64,000 nucleotides of DNA from a virus (IMGVR_UViG_3300033485_000008:1861-65860), one strand, 5' to 3'; counted from the stretch's first letter, positions 45,012 to 54,902 are shown. The notes: a model not told the origin generated them from the letters alone. Made by a program: numbers and translations.

Positions 45012-48000
45012 ATGGCGTGGATATTGATTGCCTTGCTTTTGGTTTGTAGTCCTGCTCTTGCTGGCGATCCCGTTTGGATGACCGCCTTTAGCTCGGCTGA
45101 CGAGGACGATGCTACCAATGGGTACGACTCCTTTGAGTTCTTACAGCGTCTTGATGGAGATGCCGAGGATGCTGACATTAGACTCCAGATGACGACGATC
45201 TGTGGAGCTGTAAATGGCTGCGATGCTACGTCTTTGTGGGCTCTTGAGGTTGATGTGGGCCAGAACGAGCAGGCGTACTACGAGCCGGTGAACACCACGG
45301 CTGGAATGTGCGCTACTACTGCCACGGACGAGTGTGATGAAAATTCCGACTGTCCTGGCGCGGATCATTATGGTTGTCGTATTGCGGAGCAATCTCCCTT
45401 TCCATTGGACACTTATGAGATGGCCGTTGACGGGAGGTTGTACTTGGCAAGCGCAGGGAGCAACCGGCCTATCCTAGAGATCATTGAGAGTGATGGAGGC
45501 ACGGGAGCGAATCTCGTGTGGAACACAGACCGGACGTTTACCGTCCGTTATGATACGACGACGCTTGGAACTCCTACGTTCATTGCACACGATACGGCTT
45601 GCACGACGCCGTACACTCACTTGCCATGTCTGGACAACTCCTATTGTCCATCTGGCTATCCGTGTACCGCCAATAAATACTGGGCTCCGGTGAAGCTGTA
45701 TCAGTATTCTCAAAGTCCAACGGTCAACGTGGATTTGTACGTGGCAGGCCATCGGATAGCACATTATACACCCATACCTGCTTCCGCACCGAGCAAGCCA
45801 GCGACGTTTAGAATTGGCGGAACGACGGACGATCCTAACGGAGCTATCCATTTCTATGCTGCCAGCATGGTAGCATACGCATGTTCTGAGAGTAGTTGCC
45901 CGATCAATTCCGCCTGGGGATATGTTGCGACTGCTTACGCAGATACCGATGGTGATGACAAGGAATGGGGAGAAACTAGCGGCGGAGGGTGCCTCTCGTC
46001 AACCCATTGGGATTGTTTGAACGATTACAGCGACACGGACGAGGCCCCTGACTATACCTACGGAAGCGGTCGGGTGACTTCTACACAAAAGGGAAAGCTT
46101 GAGGAGATAGCCGGCTTTACCTCGGTTACTGTCTCAGGAGACCGAACGGTTGATGCGATTGACATTGTGGGATTTGGGGATGCTGGGGATGGTAACGCCG
46201 CCACCACGCATCAGTTTGAACTCACGGGCTATGTAAATAGCATAGACCCGGCTTACACCATGTCGTCTGGCATGATTACGGTTGGCAACGCGAGTCCACA
46301 CGACGACGAGAACAATAATGACCGCCAAGTGGTGCGTGTTCTCGGCTCACGTCCATCTATGCTATTCGATAACTGGTCTACTACGGACATTGACTCCCTG
46401 ACCATCTCGCTTAATTCTTCTTCAACCAACACCAATCTAACCAGGCTTGGTGTCGTCGAGGTCTACGTCCATGTCGTCGAGCCGGGTCAACTGCCGGATA
46501 CGATCCCAGAAGGGAACAAAGGCACGGATGACAACGAGCGGACCGTAGCTATCGTTGGCGATTCGACAAGTGTGCCCGATCAGACTTTGCAGGGCCAGTG
46601 CGACAACGATCCATCAGTATTCTGCACGCAACGAAGTCATTGCTCCTGGGACCCCGAGAAGGACACCCCAACAGGCGGCTGCGGCTCGAATGAGCAGTGC
46701 ATTACGTGCAGCGGCTCGCAAGGCGCGACTGTTGGATACCGATGTAACACAGCCGATCCTACGGATGCCGATGCGTTGCTCTGCCACTCGATCTGCTCTG
46801 GCGGAACTGCTCCACCGGATACCAACTGCACGGTTGATGGCGATTGCTCCGGTGGCGGAACGTGTGAGATCAACGATTGCGTAGCCGGTCACTGCACGAG
46901 AAACCCAACAGTGACCTGTAGCTCGCGGACGACCTGCGAGAATCTTGGCACCTGTAGCATGACTGCAACCTGTGACGATAGCTGCCCAGGGGGAGACTGC
47001 CCACCTACTTTGAGCTGGTCTGACTACATTCCTGGCAACGTCCGTGTAGACAACCTGATTAACTGTGCGCATGGCGGCTGGGGCACCTGGCACCAGAATG
47101 AACACTTCGAGCGAGTATTGGATGCCGAGGCGAAGACGTGTCAGAACACCGGGAGTGGATATTTTGGAGACGCCTGCGATGATTCTTCTGACTGTGGTGG
47201 AACGCTATGCTTGCCATTTTGTGATGTCATTCAAGGTGAGAGGAAGAAACCCGATGTCATTGCGGTTGACCTCGCTGTAAATGACTCGGCGATTTACTCG
47301 AATGCTCCCAACTGTGATGGTATCGGGGCTGCTCATGGAGGTTCAATAGCTGGTACTGGTGCCTGTAGTCCACCAACCCAGGTCAACTGTGCTCGTCACC
47401 AGGATTGCATAGATCAGGTTGGACCTGACTCCGTTTGCGCGGGAAGACTGCCCAACAGTTCAAGCACATGCTACTCAAACATCATCCAATATGGCGTGTC
47501 CGGCACTTGTAGTGTCGTCCATCGTATCTGCCGTCAAGGCTCAGATTGCTACTTCTATGGCATGGACACTTGCACGGTAGATGAGCCAACGAAAGATTAC
47601 CCGAGGGGCAACTGCAAGTGCGTAGATAATGATGACTGTCCCGATCCTCTTTCTGCGAGTGATCCTGGCTGGGTGTGCGCTAAGGTGTGCGTTGGCGGAA
47701 GCGCCGATGACAAGGGTTGCCTCGTGGCAAGCGACTGTCCTGGTGGGACATGCACCAATACTGAGATTTGCCATCGTGGTTGCACGACCGATGCTCAATG
47801 TTATGGCGCGGGTGCTTGCAACAACGCTGGTACGCAAGACTGGTGCCAGGGTACTTGCACATACCCCGGTAGCGAGCAGGACTGCGACGACCCCACGGAC
47901 TGCGACTCGCTCAACCTCATGGTGACGAACCGGGTATTTAGCTGGAATGGAACGTGCTCGTCTGGTCATTGCCTGTGCTCAGGTCCATCTTACTGTTATG

Positions 48001-48767
48001 GTGATGGCGCTTGTGCCACTCAGTACGAAACGGGTTGGCTAAACGCTCTAAAGGGACATGCCGTTGCGATTGAATACTACGACCGCTGGCAGTCGGTGAT
48101 CGACGGACTCAGCGAGAGCGATGGCAGGCCCAAGCTCTTATTCAGCACGGTGCCGGATACTTACGCTGCGGAATGTGATCCGTCACGAGGCGACAAGCAG
48201 TATGTCGCCCGAGTCAACGAGCATCTGCGGGGTGACGCCTATTGCTCAGGCGGGACCGATGTTGGAGAGAACTGCACTGAGGACAGTCAGTGTAGTGGCG
48301 GTACGTGCAATCGGCGGTATCGCTATGTTGCCGACTGTGCCGATGATTTCGACCACGATAAGGCAACGCACCTTCAACCAGATGGTCTTCATTTCTCCGC
48401 TCCTGGCTCAGAATCACTGGGCATGTGTATGGTTGACCGTTTGCTGAGCTGGAATACGTGTTCCCTAGACGCGGGTACAGAAGACACTATTCCTCAATAT
48501 TATTGCCGCAATGCTAATGGGACATGGCCTTCACCACAGGTACCATGTACGGTCGAAACGGAACAGACGGACTGTACTGGAATCCAGACGTGCGAGCTTC
48601 AAGGCTGTACCTGCGATTGTGTTGGGAGTGTGTGTGCCGGAACGGCCTATCCAGGGCAAGCGTGTAGTATAGATAATGACTGCTGCTCACCGTTTGGTGG
48701 CGTGTGCAGCGGAGGGATCTGCACGTCCGCATGTTATGGAAGTGCCGAGTGCAACGTGGTGAGTTGA
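45012..48767 (+). CDS. Secreted Cys-rich SGNH/GDSL hydrolase (tailspike/esterase-like)
   Basis: Signal MAWILIALLLVCSPALA; IVGDS (46551-46565), HGGWG (about 47070), LAVND (about 47280), PDGLH (about 48380); many C-x-GG..C..DC-x-GG-x-C repeats. Confidence 0.8.
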   Translation: MAWILIALLLVCSPALAGDPVWMTAFSSADEDDATNGYDSFEFLQRLDGDAEDADIRLQMTTICGAVNGCDATSLWALEVDVGQNEQAYYEPVNTTAGMCATTATDECDENSDCPGADHYGCRIAEQSPFPLDTYEMAVDGRLYLASAGSNRPILEIIESDGGTGANLVWNTDRTFTVRYDTTTLGTPTFIAHDTACTTPYTHLPCLDNSYCPSGYPCTANKYWAPVKLYQYSQSPTVNVDLYVAGHRIAHYTPIPASAPSKPATFRIGGTTDDPNGAIHFYAASMVAYACSESSCPINSAWGYVATAYADTDGDDKEWGETSGGGCLSSTHWDCLNDYSDTDEAPDYTYGSGRVTSTQKGKLEEIAGFTSVTVSGDRTVDAIDIVGFGDAGDGNAATTHQFELTGYVNSIDPAYTMSSGMITVGNASPHDDENNNDRQVVRVLGSRPSMLFDNWSTTDIDSLTISLNSSSTNTNLTRLGVVEVYVHVVEPGQLPDTIPEGNKGTDDNERTVAIVGDSTSVPDQTLQGQCDNDPSVFCTQRSHCSWDPEKDTPTGGCGSNEQCITCSGSQGATVGYRCNTADPTDADALLCHSICSGGTAPPDTNCTVDGDCSGGGTCEINDCVAGHCTRNPTVTCSSRTTCENLGTCSMTATCDDSCPGGDCPPTLSWSDYIPGNVRVDNLINCAHGGWGTWHQNEHFERVLDAEAKTCQNTGSGYFGDACDDSSDCGGTLCLPFCDVIQGERKKPDVIAVDLAVNDSAIYSNAPNCDGIGAAHGGSIAGTGACSPPTQVNCARHQDCIDQVGPDSVCAGRLPNSSSTCYSNIIQYGVSGTCSVVHRICRQGSDCYFYGMDTCTVDEPTKDYPRGNCKCVDNDDCPDPLSASDPGWVCAKVCVGGSADDKGCLVASDCPGGTCTNTEICHRGCTTDAQCYGAGACNNAGTQDWCQGTCTYPGSEQDCDDPTDCDSLNLMVTNRVFSWNGTCSSGHCLCSGPSYCYGDGACATQYETGWLNALKGHAVAIEYYDRWQSVIDGLSESDGRPKLLFSTVPDTYAAECDPSRGDKQYVARVNEHLRGDAYCSGGTDVGENCTEDSQCSGGTCNRRYRYVADCADDFDHDKATHLQPDGLHFSAPGSESLGMCMVDRLLSWNTCSLDAGTEDTIPQYYCRNANGTWPSPQVPCTVETEQTDCTGIQTCELQGCTCDCVGSVCAGTAYPGQACSIDNDCCSPFGGVCSGGICTSACYGSAECNVVS

Positions 48768-48776
48768 GAAAGAGGT

Positions 48777-49235
48777 TTGGGTGGAGTGGGCAAGCTTGTT
48801 GAGATCCGTTACATCGTGATCCATCACAGTGCGACCCGGGATGGTGAGACGATGTCTTGGCCCGCCATCCGGCGCTTCCATACGACGCCTCCTCCGGACG
48901 GTCGGGGTTGGGCGGACATCGGTTACCACATCGGGATCGAGCAGATTGCTCAGACGTGGGAGGTGTTCATTGGGCGACCCTGGACGGTGGCTGGTGCTCA
49001 CGCTCCGGGCCGGAACTCTGACAGTCTTGGCATCTGTCTGGTGGGTGATTTCGACCAGACTGCGGTGCCTGCTCAACAGTGGGCTGCTGCTGTTAGATTG
49101 GTCCGATGGCTTCGTGGACGGTTTACAGTGCCTGTGGATCGGGTAGTCGGGCACAGGGAGGTGCAGAAGGGACGGACTTGCCCGGGGAGGTACTTTGATC
49201 TGGCGGCCTTCAGAGATGCGGTAGCCAAAGGGTAG
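48777..49235 (+). CDS. Endolysin, N-acetylmuramoyl-L-alanine amidase (Amidase_2)
   Basis: IVIHHSAT, GWADIGYH, GAHAPGRN.DSLGICLVGDF, VGHREV..CPG. Likely start is GTG 48786. Confidence 0.95.
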   Translation: MGGVGKLVEIRYIVIHHSATRDGETMSWPAIRRFHTTPPPDGRGWADIGYHIGIEQIAQTWEVFIGRPWTVAGAHAPGRNSDSLGICLVGDFDQTAVPAQQWAAAVRLVRWLRGRFTVPVDRVVGHREVQKGRTCPGRYFDLAAFRDAVAKG

Positions 49236-49264
49236 GAAAAGCTTTAACCTTGAGGAGGTAAGCG

Positions 49265-49465
49265 ATGGCTCGGAAATGGGTTCAAGGGGCCATAAAGCAT
49301 CCAGGCGCGTTGCACGAGGATCTGGGGATTCCTCAGGGGAAGAAGATTCCACGGGACACGCTGGAGGCGGCGGCGAAGCGCAAGGGAACGGTGGGCCGTC
49401 GGGCGCGACTGGCGATTGCGATGCGGGGATTCCGCCACGGGGGGAACCGGAGTTCGAGGAAGTGA
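49265..49465 (+). CDS. Small basic protein (66 aa)
   Basis: GAGGAGG SD; KWVQGAIKHPGALH..GKKIP..GRRARLA pattern seen in tailed-phage structural regions. Confidence 0.75.
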   Translation: MARKWVQGAIKHPGALHEDLGIPQGKKIPRDTLEAAAKRKGTVGRRARLAIAMRGFRHGGNRSSRK

Positions 49466-49782
49466 TGAGTTGTGCTGGCTGTGAGGCGAAGGACGACGAG
49501 ATCCGGTTCTTACGGTCCCAGATCGTGGAGATGCAGGATCGGCTTCTGGCCTTGACTAACCCGGCGTCATTTCAGATCTATAAGGGGTTGCCGGTGTCGG
49601 GGGGTCCTACCGTTCCAGGTGTTGGCGCAGAGCAGACGTTTCCTGATCCAACGACGGGCGAGTTGATGATGTTCGTCGGCGGTCAGGTCGTGAAGGCGGC
49701 TGAATACAGCAAGGCGATGGGAAAACTTGAGGAACAGATGTCCGGGCGAAGCCCGGGAGATGGCGAGCAAGGGTTGCTCTAG
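49465..49782 (+). CDS. Hypothetical protein (105 aa)
   Basis: TGATG overlap; short coiled coil. Confidence 0.7.
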   Translation: MSCAGCEAKDDEIRFLRSQIVEMQDRLLALTNPASFQIYKGLPVSGGPTVPGVGAEQTFPDPTTGELMMFVGGQVVKAAEYSKAMGKLEEQMSGRSPGDGEQGLL

Positions 49783-49796
49783 GGAGGGGAATAGAG

Positions 49797-50120
49797 ATGG
49801 CTGTGACGTTCACGTTTACGGAGGCGGTTTCAGGTAAGCAGAACATGGGCAGTTTGTTCGCCCGGATCGGTACGTTGAACTTGAGTGGGACGGCTAGTGC
49901 TGGGGGCGATACCATCACAGCAGCCCTGGTCGGACTGAGCAGGATCCTTCACGTCAACACCGAAGGTTGCACGGCTGAGGGTTTCGTACCGGCGATTTCC
50001 TACTCGGGTGTGAACGCGGTGCTGAAGCTGTTCCAGCAGACCGGCACGGCAGCGGCCCTAGTGGTAGCGACCGGGGCCACCGTGACTGGTTCGATGCCTG
50101 TCATCATCTACGGCCTATAG
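49797..50120 (+). CDS. Small beta-rich structural protein (possible head decoration)
   Basis: GGAGG SD; Ala/Thr/Gly/Val-rich, located before the portal. Confidence 0.6.
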   Translation: MAVTFTFTEAVSGKQNMGSLFARIGTLNLSGTASAGGDTITAALVGLSRILHVNTEGCTAEGFVPAISYSGVNAVLKLFQQTGTAAALVVATGATVTGSMPVIIYGL

Positions 50121-50163
50121 AGGCTGGTTGGTCTATTCGTGCATGGGGAGGTGGTCATGAGGA

Positions 50164-52437
50164 TTGGCGGAGGCTGACGCACAACAGCTTGTAGGCCCCC
50201 AGCTTGCTGGCTCCAGTGTTTCTGAGCCTCGTGCCCCTCGTCCGGGGTACGCTGGTTTTCTGACTCCAGAGGACCGCAAACTTCTCCAGAGAGTCGAAGA
50301 GCGGCTTGGCGTCAACAGTCGCCAGATGAGCCGCTGGGCTCTCGAACGCCAGTATTTCGAGTGTGTTGCCTTCTACCTGGGGATCCAGTGGATCGAGTAC
50401 ATGGAGACGGGCAAGCGTTGGGTGCGTGCCCAGTTTCCGAGCTGGTTCCCCACCCCGACGTCGAACGCCCTCAAGCCTCGTGCCAACGGCATGATCAGCC
50501 GGCTGCTGCGGTCCAGGCCGCAGGGCCGGGTCCGTCCCGAGTCCAATGAGATCGCTGACCGTCAGGCGGCTGACGTCGGCGAGAAGATGATCCAGCACAT
50601 CTACGACGTCACCAATGAGCTGGAGGTACGCCAGCTCGCGGCTGTCTATGCCGTGTTGACCGGGACGGTCATCGCTGAGGACTATTTCAATCCCAAAGCC
50701 GGGATGGCCCGGATCATTCCACGGACGAAGTTACAGGAGACTCCGGTGCAGGAGCCCAAGGGGACCTGTGCGACCTGCAACTACGTGGGGGACGTGAACG
50801 AGGTTGGAGGGGCTTGTCCTCAGTGTGGGGGCATCCTCCAGCAGGGGTCAATGCCCCGGCTGCTGCCTGACGGCACTCCGGCGATAGACGTGACCACGGT
50901 TCCGGAGCTCGATCCAGAGACCTTGCAGCCGATGTTCGATGTCGTCACCGAGGGCGAGATCGAGTCTCGGATGCTGATGCTGTTCAACTTCTTCTGGGAC
51001 CCGAAGGCGAGCACCCTCAAGGATGCCCAGTGGTGCGGGGAGGTCCGGTACGTCGATCTGGACTGGATCGACATGAACTTTCCGGACTTCGGTCCCTATG
51101 TGGCTGCTCAGGGGGGCATCGAGGCCGGGAGCTTCTTCGAGGCGAGTCTGTTGTCTTTGGTCGGGCCAAGCGTGCCCGGGACGGCTCATTACGGCGGTCT
51201 TCAGCAATTCACCAACGGGGCCGTCTTGATGAAGTACCAGGAGAAACCCTCGCAGCAGTTGCCACGCGGCCTGCACATGATCGTCGCCAATGGGGTGATC
51301 CTCTATAAGGGCGACCTGCCCGTCAAGGATCAGTACGATCTCGTGACCGGGGACTTCACTTATACGGAGTTCCGGTACGACATCGCACCAGGCCGGTTCC
51401 CTGGTTCTACCCCTGTCGAGGACATGGTTGCCCTCCAGCGTCGGATCAACGGGATAGACTCCCAGGTGATCTTGAACCGCAAGACGATGATGAACCCCTG
51501 GCTGCTGGCTCCGAAGGGTAGCGGCCTCAATCCTGGCAATGTTGCCATGAGGCCCGGGGCCACGGTGCTCTACAACTTCGTCGGTGTCGGTGCGGCCCCT
51601 CAGGTGGTTCAAGGCACCCCTCTCCCCGAGACTGTCTACACGGAGCGTCAGAAGTGCCTGGACGGCATGGACGAGCTGGCGGAGGACCCTCGTGTCAGCA
51701 GCATGACCTTCCCTCAGAACACTCGCAGCGGTGTGGCTCTCCACTGGCTCAAGGAGCAGGTCGATGAGTTTGGTGTTCCGAGACTGGAGCGATGGGCTCA
51801 GTGGATCGCGGCCCGGGACCGCAAGCGACTACTGCTGGCTCAGCGCCACTACCGCGAGCAGCGGGCGATTAGACTCCTGGGGGAGGGAAGGAACTGGGAG
51901 ATTAGGAAATGGGCAGGCTCTGACCTTGCCGGCAACACGGACGTCGTTGTTGATCCAGGGACTCTGGTTCCGAGATCCCGCTCCGCTCAGACCCAGATCG
52001 TCTTCGATGCCGTCGAGGCGGGAATCATCGACCTCTCGAACCCCGTCGATAAGCAGAAGGTGATCGAGGAGCTTCAGCTCGGTCGGTTCGAGTCGGACAT
52101 CGGCCCGGATCGTCGTCATGCGTTGATGGAGAACGCGATGATGGACGACCAGATGGCCGCGATGGTGAACCCGGAGGACAACCACGACATTCACGCCCTG
52201 GAGCACTTGATGGTCATGAAGGACCCGTCCTTCACGATGAAGGATCAGATGGTCCAGAAACTCTACCGGTACCACTTGGCCGCTCACCACGAGGCGAAGG
52301 CGATGCTTGTGGCCGCCACCCAGCAGGGAGCCCCAGCTCCGGCTGGGGAGGAGCCTCGTGCCCAGATCCCAACTGGAGAGAGCGGCGAGGTAGCTGCCGG
52401 TGGGCAGGGTGGAGAGGGTCCAGTACCGCCCACATGA
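50164..52437 (+). CDS. Portal protein (P22-like)
   Basis: 757 aa; FYLGIQW..NALKPRANGMISRLL..DRQAA..; located before scaffold and capsid; low-complexity tail. Confidence 0.85.
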   Translation: MAEADAQQLVGPQLAGSSVSEPRAPRPGYAGFLTPEDRKLLQRVEERLGVNSRQMSRWALERQYFECVAFYLGIQWIEYMETGKRWVRAQFPSWFPTPTSNALKPRANGMISRLLRSRPQGRVRPESNEIADRQAADVGEKMIQHIYDVTNELEVRQLAAVYAVLTGTVIAEDYFNPKAGMARIIPRTKLQETPVQEPKGTCATCNYVGDVNEVGGACPQCGGILQQGSMPRLLPDGTPAIDVTTVPELDPETLQPMFDVVTEGEIESRMLMLFNFFWDPKASTLKDAQWCGEVRYVDLDWIDMNFPDFGPYVAAQGGIEAGSFFEASLLSLVGPSVPGTAHYGGLQQFTNGAVLMKYQEKPSQQLPRGLHMIVANGVILYKGDLPVKDQYDLVTGDFTYTEFRYDIAPGRFPGSTPVEDMVALQRRINGIDSQVILNRKTMMNPWLLAPKGSGLNPGNVAMRPGATVLYNFVGVGAAPQVVQGTPLPETVYTERQKCLDGMDELAEDPRVSSMTFPQNTRSGVALHWLKEQVDEFGVPRLERWAQWIAARDRKRLLLAQRHYREQRAIRLLGEGRNWEIRKWAGSDLAGNTDVVVDPGTLVPRSRSAQTQIVFDAVEAGIIDLSNPVDKQKVIEELQLGRFESDIGPDRRHALMENAMMDDQMAAMVNPEDNHDIHALEHLMVMKDPSFTMKDQMVQKLYRYHLAAHHEAKAMLVAATQQGAPAPAGEEPRAQIPTGESGEVAAGGQGGEGPVPPT

Positions 52438-52543
52438 GAGGTACTGCGGGTGAGCTGGCACCCACACAACCAGCCGGGCACGGGTCGGCCCATAGACGGC
52501 CTGCGGTGGTCGTTCCGGCCATACAGGAACGAGGTGGTGGACA

Positions 52544-53515
52544 ATGGCGGGTGAAGCGACAGCAGCGGACGTAATTGGCGGTCAGGCTGAAGTAGGTCAG
52601 CCTGAAGGTGGGGCGGCTCAAGCGCCAACAGGAGAGCCTGTTAGCGGTGGGCAGCCAGGTGGCGTAACTGCTCCTCCAGCAAAGCCTGGAGGGCCGACAG
52701 CGGACGCTCGCGAGCCCGCCCCATCACCCGCAGGGGTAGAGGAGCCCCACGTCCCCTGGGCGCGTTTTAGGACGGCCCAGACCGAGCGGACCCAGGCCAT
52801 GCGCGAGTTGGCCTCGGCCCGTGAGGAGTGGAACAGGCGGGAGCAGGAGCTGACGTCTCAGATCGGGGAACTCACGGGAGGTTCCGAGCAGACCCGCCAG
52901 ATCGTGGACGACTACCGGGTTCTTTGCCAGATGCTTCAGGCGAACCCGGACCTGACCCAGGCTTTGATGCAGCGTTCCGGCACCGGGGTCGGGGGCGAGC
53001 CGGGAGCCGGGATTGCCTGGCCTGGTCAGCCACGTCGTCCGGAGCCTACCCCAGCCGCGCCGGGATTGGACAAGGTCGGGGAGGCCATCAACAAGCTCAA
53101 CGAAAGACTCGCGCAGCAGGAGCAGGCCCAGCAGGAGGCGGCTCGAACTCGACGTAATGCCGAGACAGACCGACAGCTCAGCGAGGCTTGCACGCAGTTT
53201 CTGGATGCCCGGGGGTACGACCATTCCTTTCTGGAGGATGCGAAGGAGCACGTCTTGAAGATGGCTTCAAAGCATCCCGACCTGGAGATGGAGGACGTGC
53301 CGTTCGTGCTGGGTACGTGGTTCAAGAACACGGACGGCAAGATCCGAAGCCAGGTGAACAAGTTCTTGGAGGGCAAGCGTCAGGACGCTGGCCTTCCCAT
53401 CAGCCCGGGTGGAGCGGCAGCGCCGGTAAGAACGGAGGCACCAGCGGGAGCAAACGACAACATGACCGCTCAGCGCGTGGAGGAGGCTCTGCGGCGGATC
53501 GGTTGGACCAACTAA
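52544..53515 (+). CDS. Capsid scaffolding protein
   Basis: Pro/Gly/Ala-rich N-terminus, VPWARF motif, coiled coils; lies between portal and MCP. Confidence 0.75.
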   Translation: MAGEATAADVIGGQAEVGQPEGGAAQAPTGEPVSGGQPGGVTAPPAKPGGPTADAREPAPSPAGVEEPHVPWARFRTAQTERTQAMRELASAREEWNRREQELTSQIGELTGGSEQTRQIVDDYRVLCQMLQANPDLTQALMQRSGTGVGGEPGAGIAWPGQPRRPEPTPAAPGLDKVGEAINKLNERLAQQEQAQQEAARTRRNAETDRQLSEACTQFLDARGYDHSFLEDAKEHVLKMASKHPDLEMEDVPFVLGTWFKNTDGKIRSQVNKFLEGKRQDAGLPISPGGAAAPVRTEAPAGANDNMTAQRVEEALRRIGWTN

Positions 53516-53527
53516 AGGAGAGATCAG

Positions 53528-54829
53528 ATGGCCTTGCCAGGAGTAGTGGACAACATTTCCGAACTGAGCGCGATCATGAAGACCGTGTTCGGTGACGGGA
53601 TCCAGCAGCAGCAGAACTTGGCTGCGATGATCTACAAGCGGTTCTCGCAGAACACCACGCGGTTCGGAGGCAACTCATACGAGTTCCCGGCCCGGATGGT
53701 GAACACTCAGTCGGTCGGTGCCCGTGGCTATCGGTTGAGCCTGCCGGAGCCGATCCTCAACGTGGATGTGACCTGCCGCGTCAGGCACAAGTTCATCTAC
53801 GGAACCTTCGACATCCCCGGACCCGATGTGGAGAAGGGCAAGGGGAACGTGAATGCGTTCGTGAACACCTTGACGGACAAGATGCGGTCCCTGACTGAGA
53901 TGGTCCTCAAGGACATGAACATGCAGTGCTACCTCGACGGTACCGGGGTCAGGTCAACGCTCACGAGTGCCACCACGACGGGTGGGAGCTGTGCGGTTGA
54001 CCGGGTGAAGTACCTCCGGACAGGGATGCACGTAAACGTGGTCTCGACCACTGACGGAGCGACCCTGAGGGCTGGTGCGACAGCGGTGGATAGCGATCCC
54101 GGTGACACTGGCGGAACATATTTCCAGAAGCGGTGGACGGTGATGTCAATCACACCGCCAACCACGGTCGTTCTCGGAGGCGGATCTCCACCGACCGGAT
54201 ATGCCATCACCAATTCAGCCATTGGCGACATGATCGTGCGTCACAAGGCGATGGGTGTCGAGATGACGGGCCTCGGGGCAATCGTGGACGACGGCGTGTG
54301 GAACGCCGGAGCTGCCGTCATGCAGGACATCGACCGGACGGTGAGCCCTCTGTGGAAGGCGAAGGTGTTCGACAACAACGGAGCCACGCTGACGTTGAAC
54401 CAGATGCAGCTCGGCATGGACGTTCCCGAGATCGTTTCCGGTCGAAGGATCGACACCATAGTCGGGAGCTACAACGGGAGGGACCAGTACCTCCAGTTGG
54501 TCGTGCCTCAGAAGCGGTTCCAAGACCTGCGGCTCGACGGCGGCTTCCAGGTGCTGGAGTACAACGGTCGCGACTTCATCGTCGATGTGGACTGCCCGGA
54601 CGACCAGATCTACTTCTTGAACCGGGCCTCCATCCAGAAGTTCGGCCTGTTCGATCTGGCCTTCGTGGAGCAGACGGGCGGGATCCTGAAGCACTCCAGC
54701 CTCAGCGCCGGGGATGTCTTCTACGGGTTCATGCGGGCAATCTGCAACCTGGGAACCACCCAGGCGAATGCGAACGCGAAGATCGCCGAGTTGGCTGTTG
54801 ATTCGGCGTACAGTGGAGTCAGCATCTAA
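53528..54829 (+). CDS. Major capsid protein (HK97 fold)
   Basis: 433 aa; AAGGAG SD; NAFVNTLTDKMRSLTEMVLKDMNMQCYLDGTG long helix; position after the scaffold. Confidence 0.9.
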   Translation: MALPGVVDNISELSAIMKTVFGDGIQQQQNLAAMIYKRFSQNTTRFGGNSYEFPARMVNTQSVGARGYRLSLPEPILNVDVTCRVRHKFIYGTFDIPGPDVEKGKGNVNAFVNTLTDKMRSLTEMVLKDMNMQCYLDGTGVRSTLTSATTTGGSCAVDRVKYLRTGMHVNVVSTTDGATLRAGATAVDSDPGDTGGTYFQKRWTVMSITPPTTVVLGGGSPPTGYAITNSAIGDMIVRHKAMGVEMTGLGAIVDDGVWNAGAAVMQDIDRTVSPLWKAKVFDNNGATLTLNQMQLGMDVPEIVSGRRIDTIVGSYNGRDQYLQLVVPQKRFQDLRLDGGFQVLEYNGRDFIVDVDCPDDQIYFLNRASIQKFGLFDLAFVEQTGGILKHSSLSAGDVFYGFMRAICNLGTTQANANAKIAELAVDSAYSGVSI

Positions 54830-54842
54830 CAGTGCTGATCCT

Positions 54843-54890
54843 GCGGGCGTAACCCGGGGGTGACTCCCCATGCCGCCCCCGGGTGCCTGC
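54843..54890 (+). terminator. Hairpin after the MCP gene (attenuator/terminator-like, no U-tract)
   Basis: ACCCGGGGG (54852-54860) / CCCCCGGGT (54876-54884), extended by GCGGGC/GCCTGC. Confidence 0.45.
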
Positions 54891-54902
54891 GAAGGAGGGT
54901 AG

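Noticed and set aside
39733-48767. Diversity-generating retroelement or shufflon acting on the fibre genes
   Set aside because: No reverse transcriptase or invertase seen, no near-identical TR/VR pair differing at adenines, and no identical inverted recombination sites.
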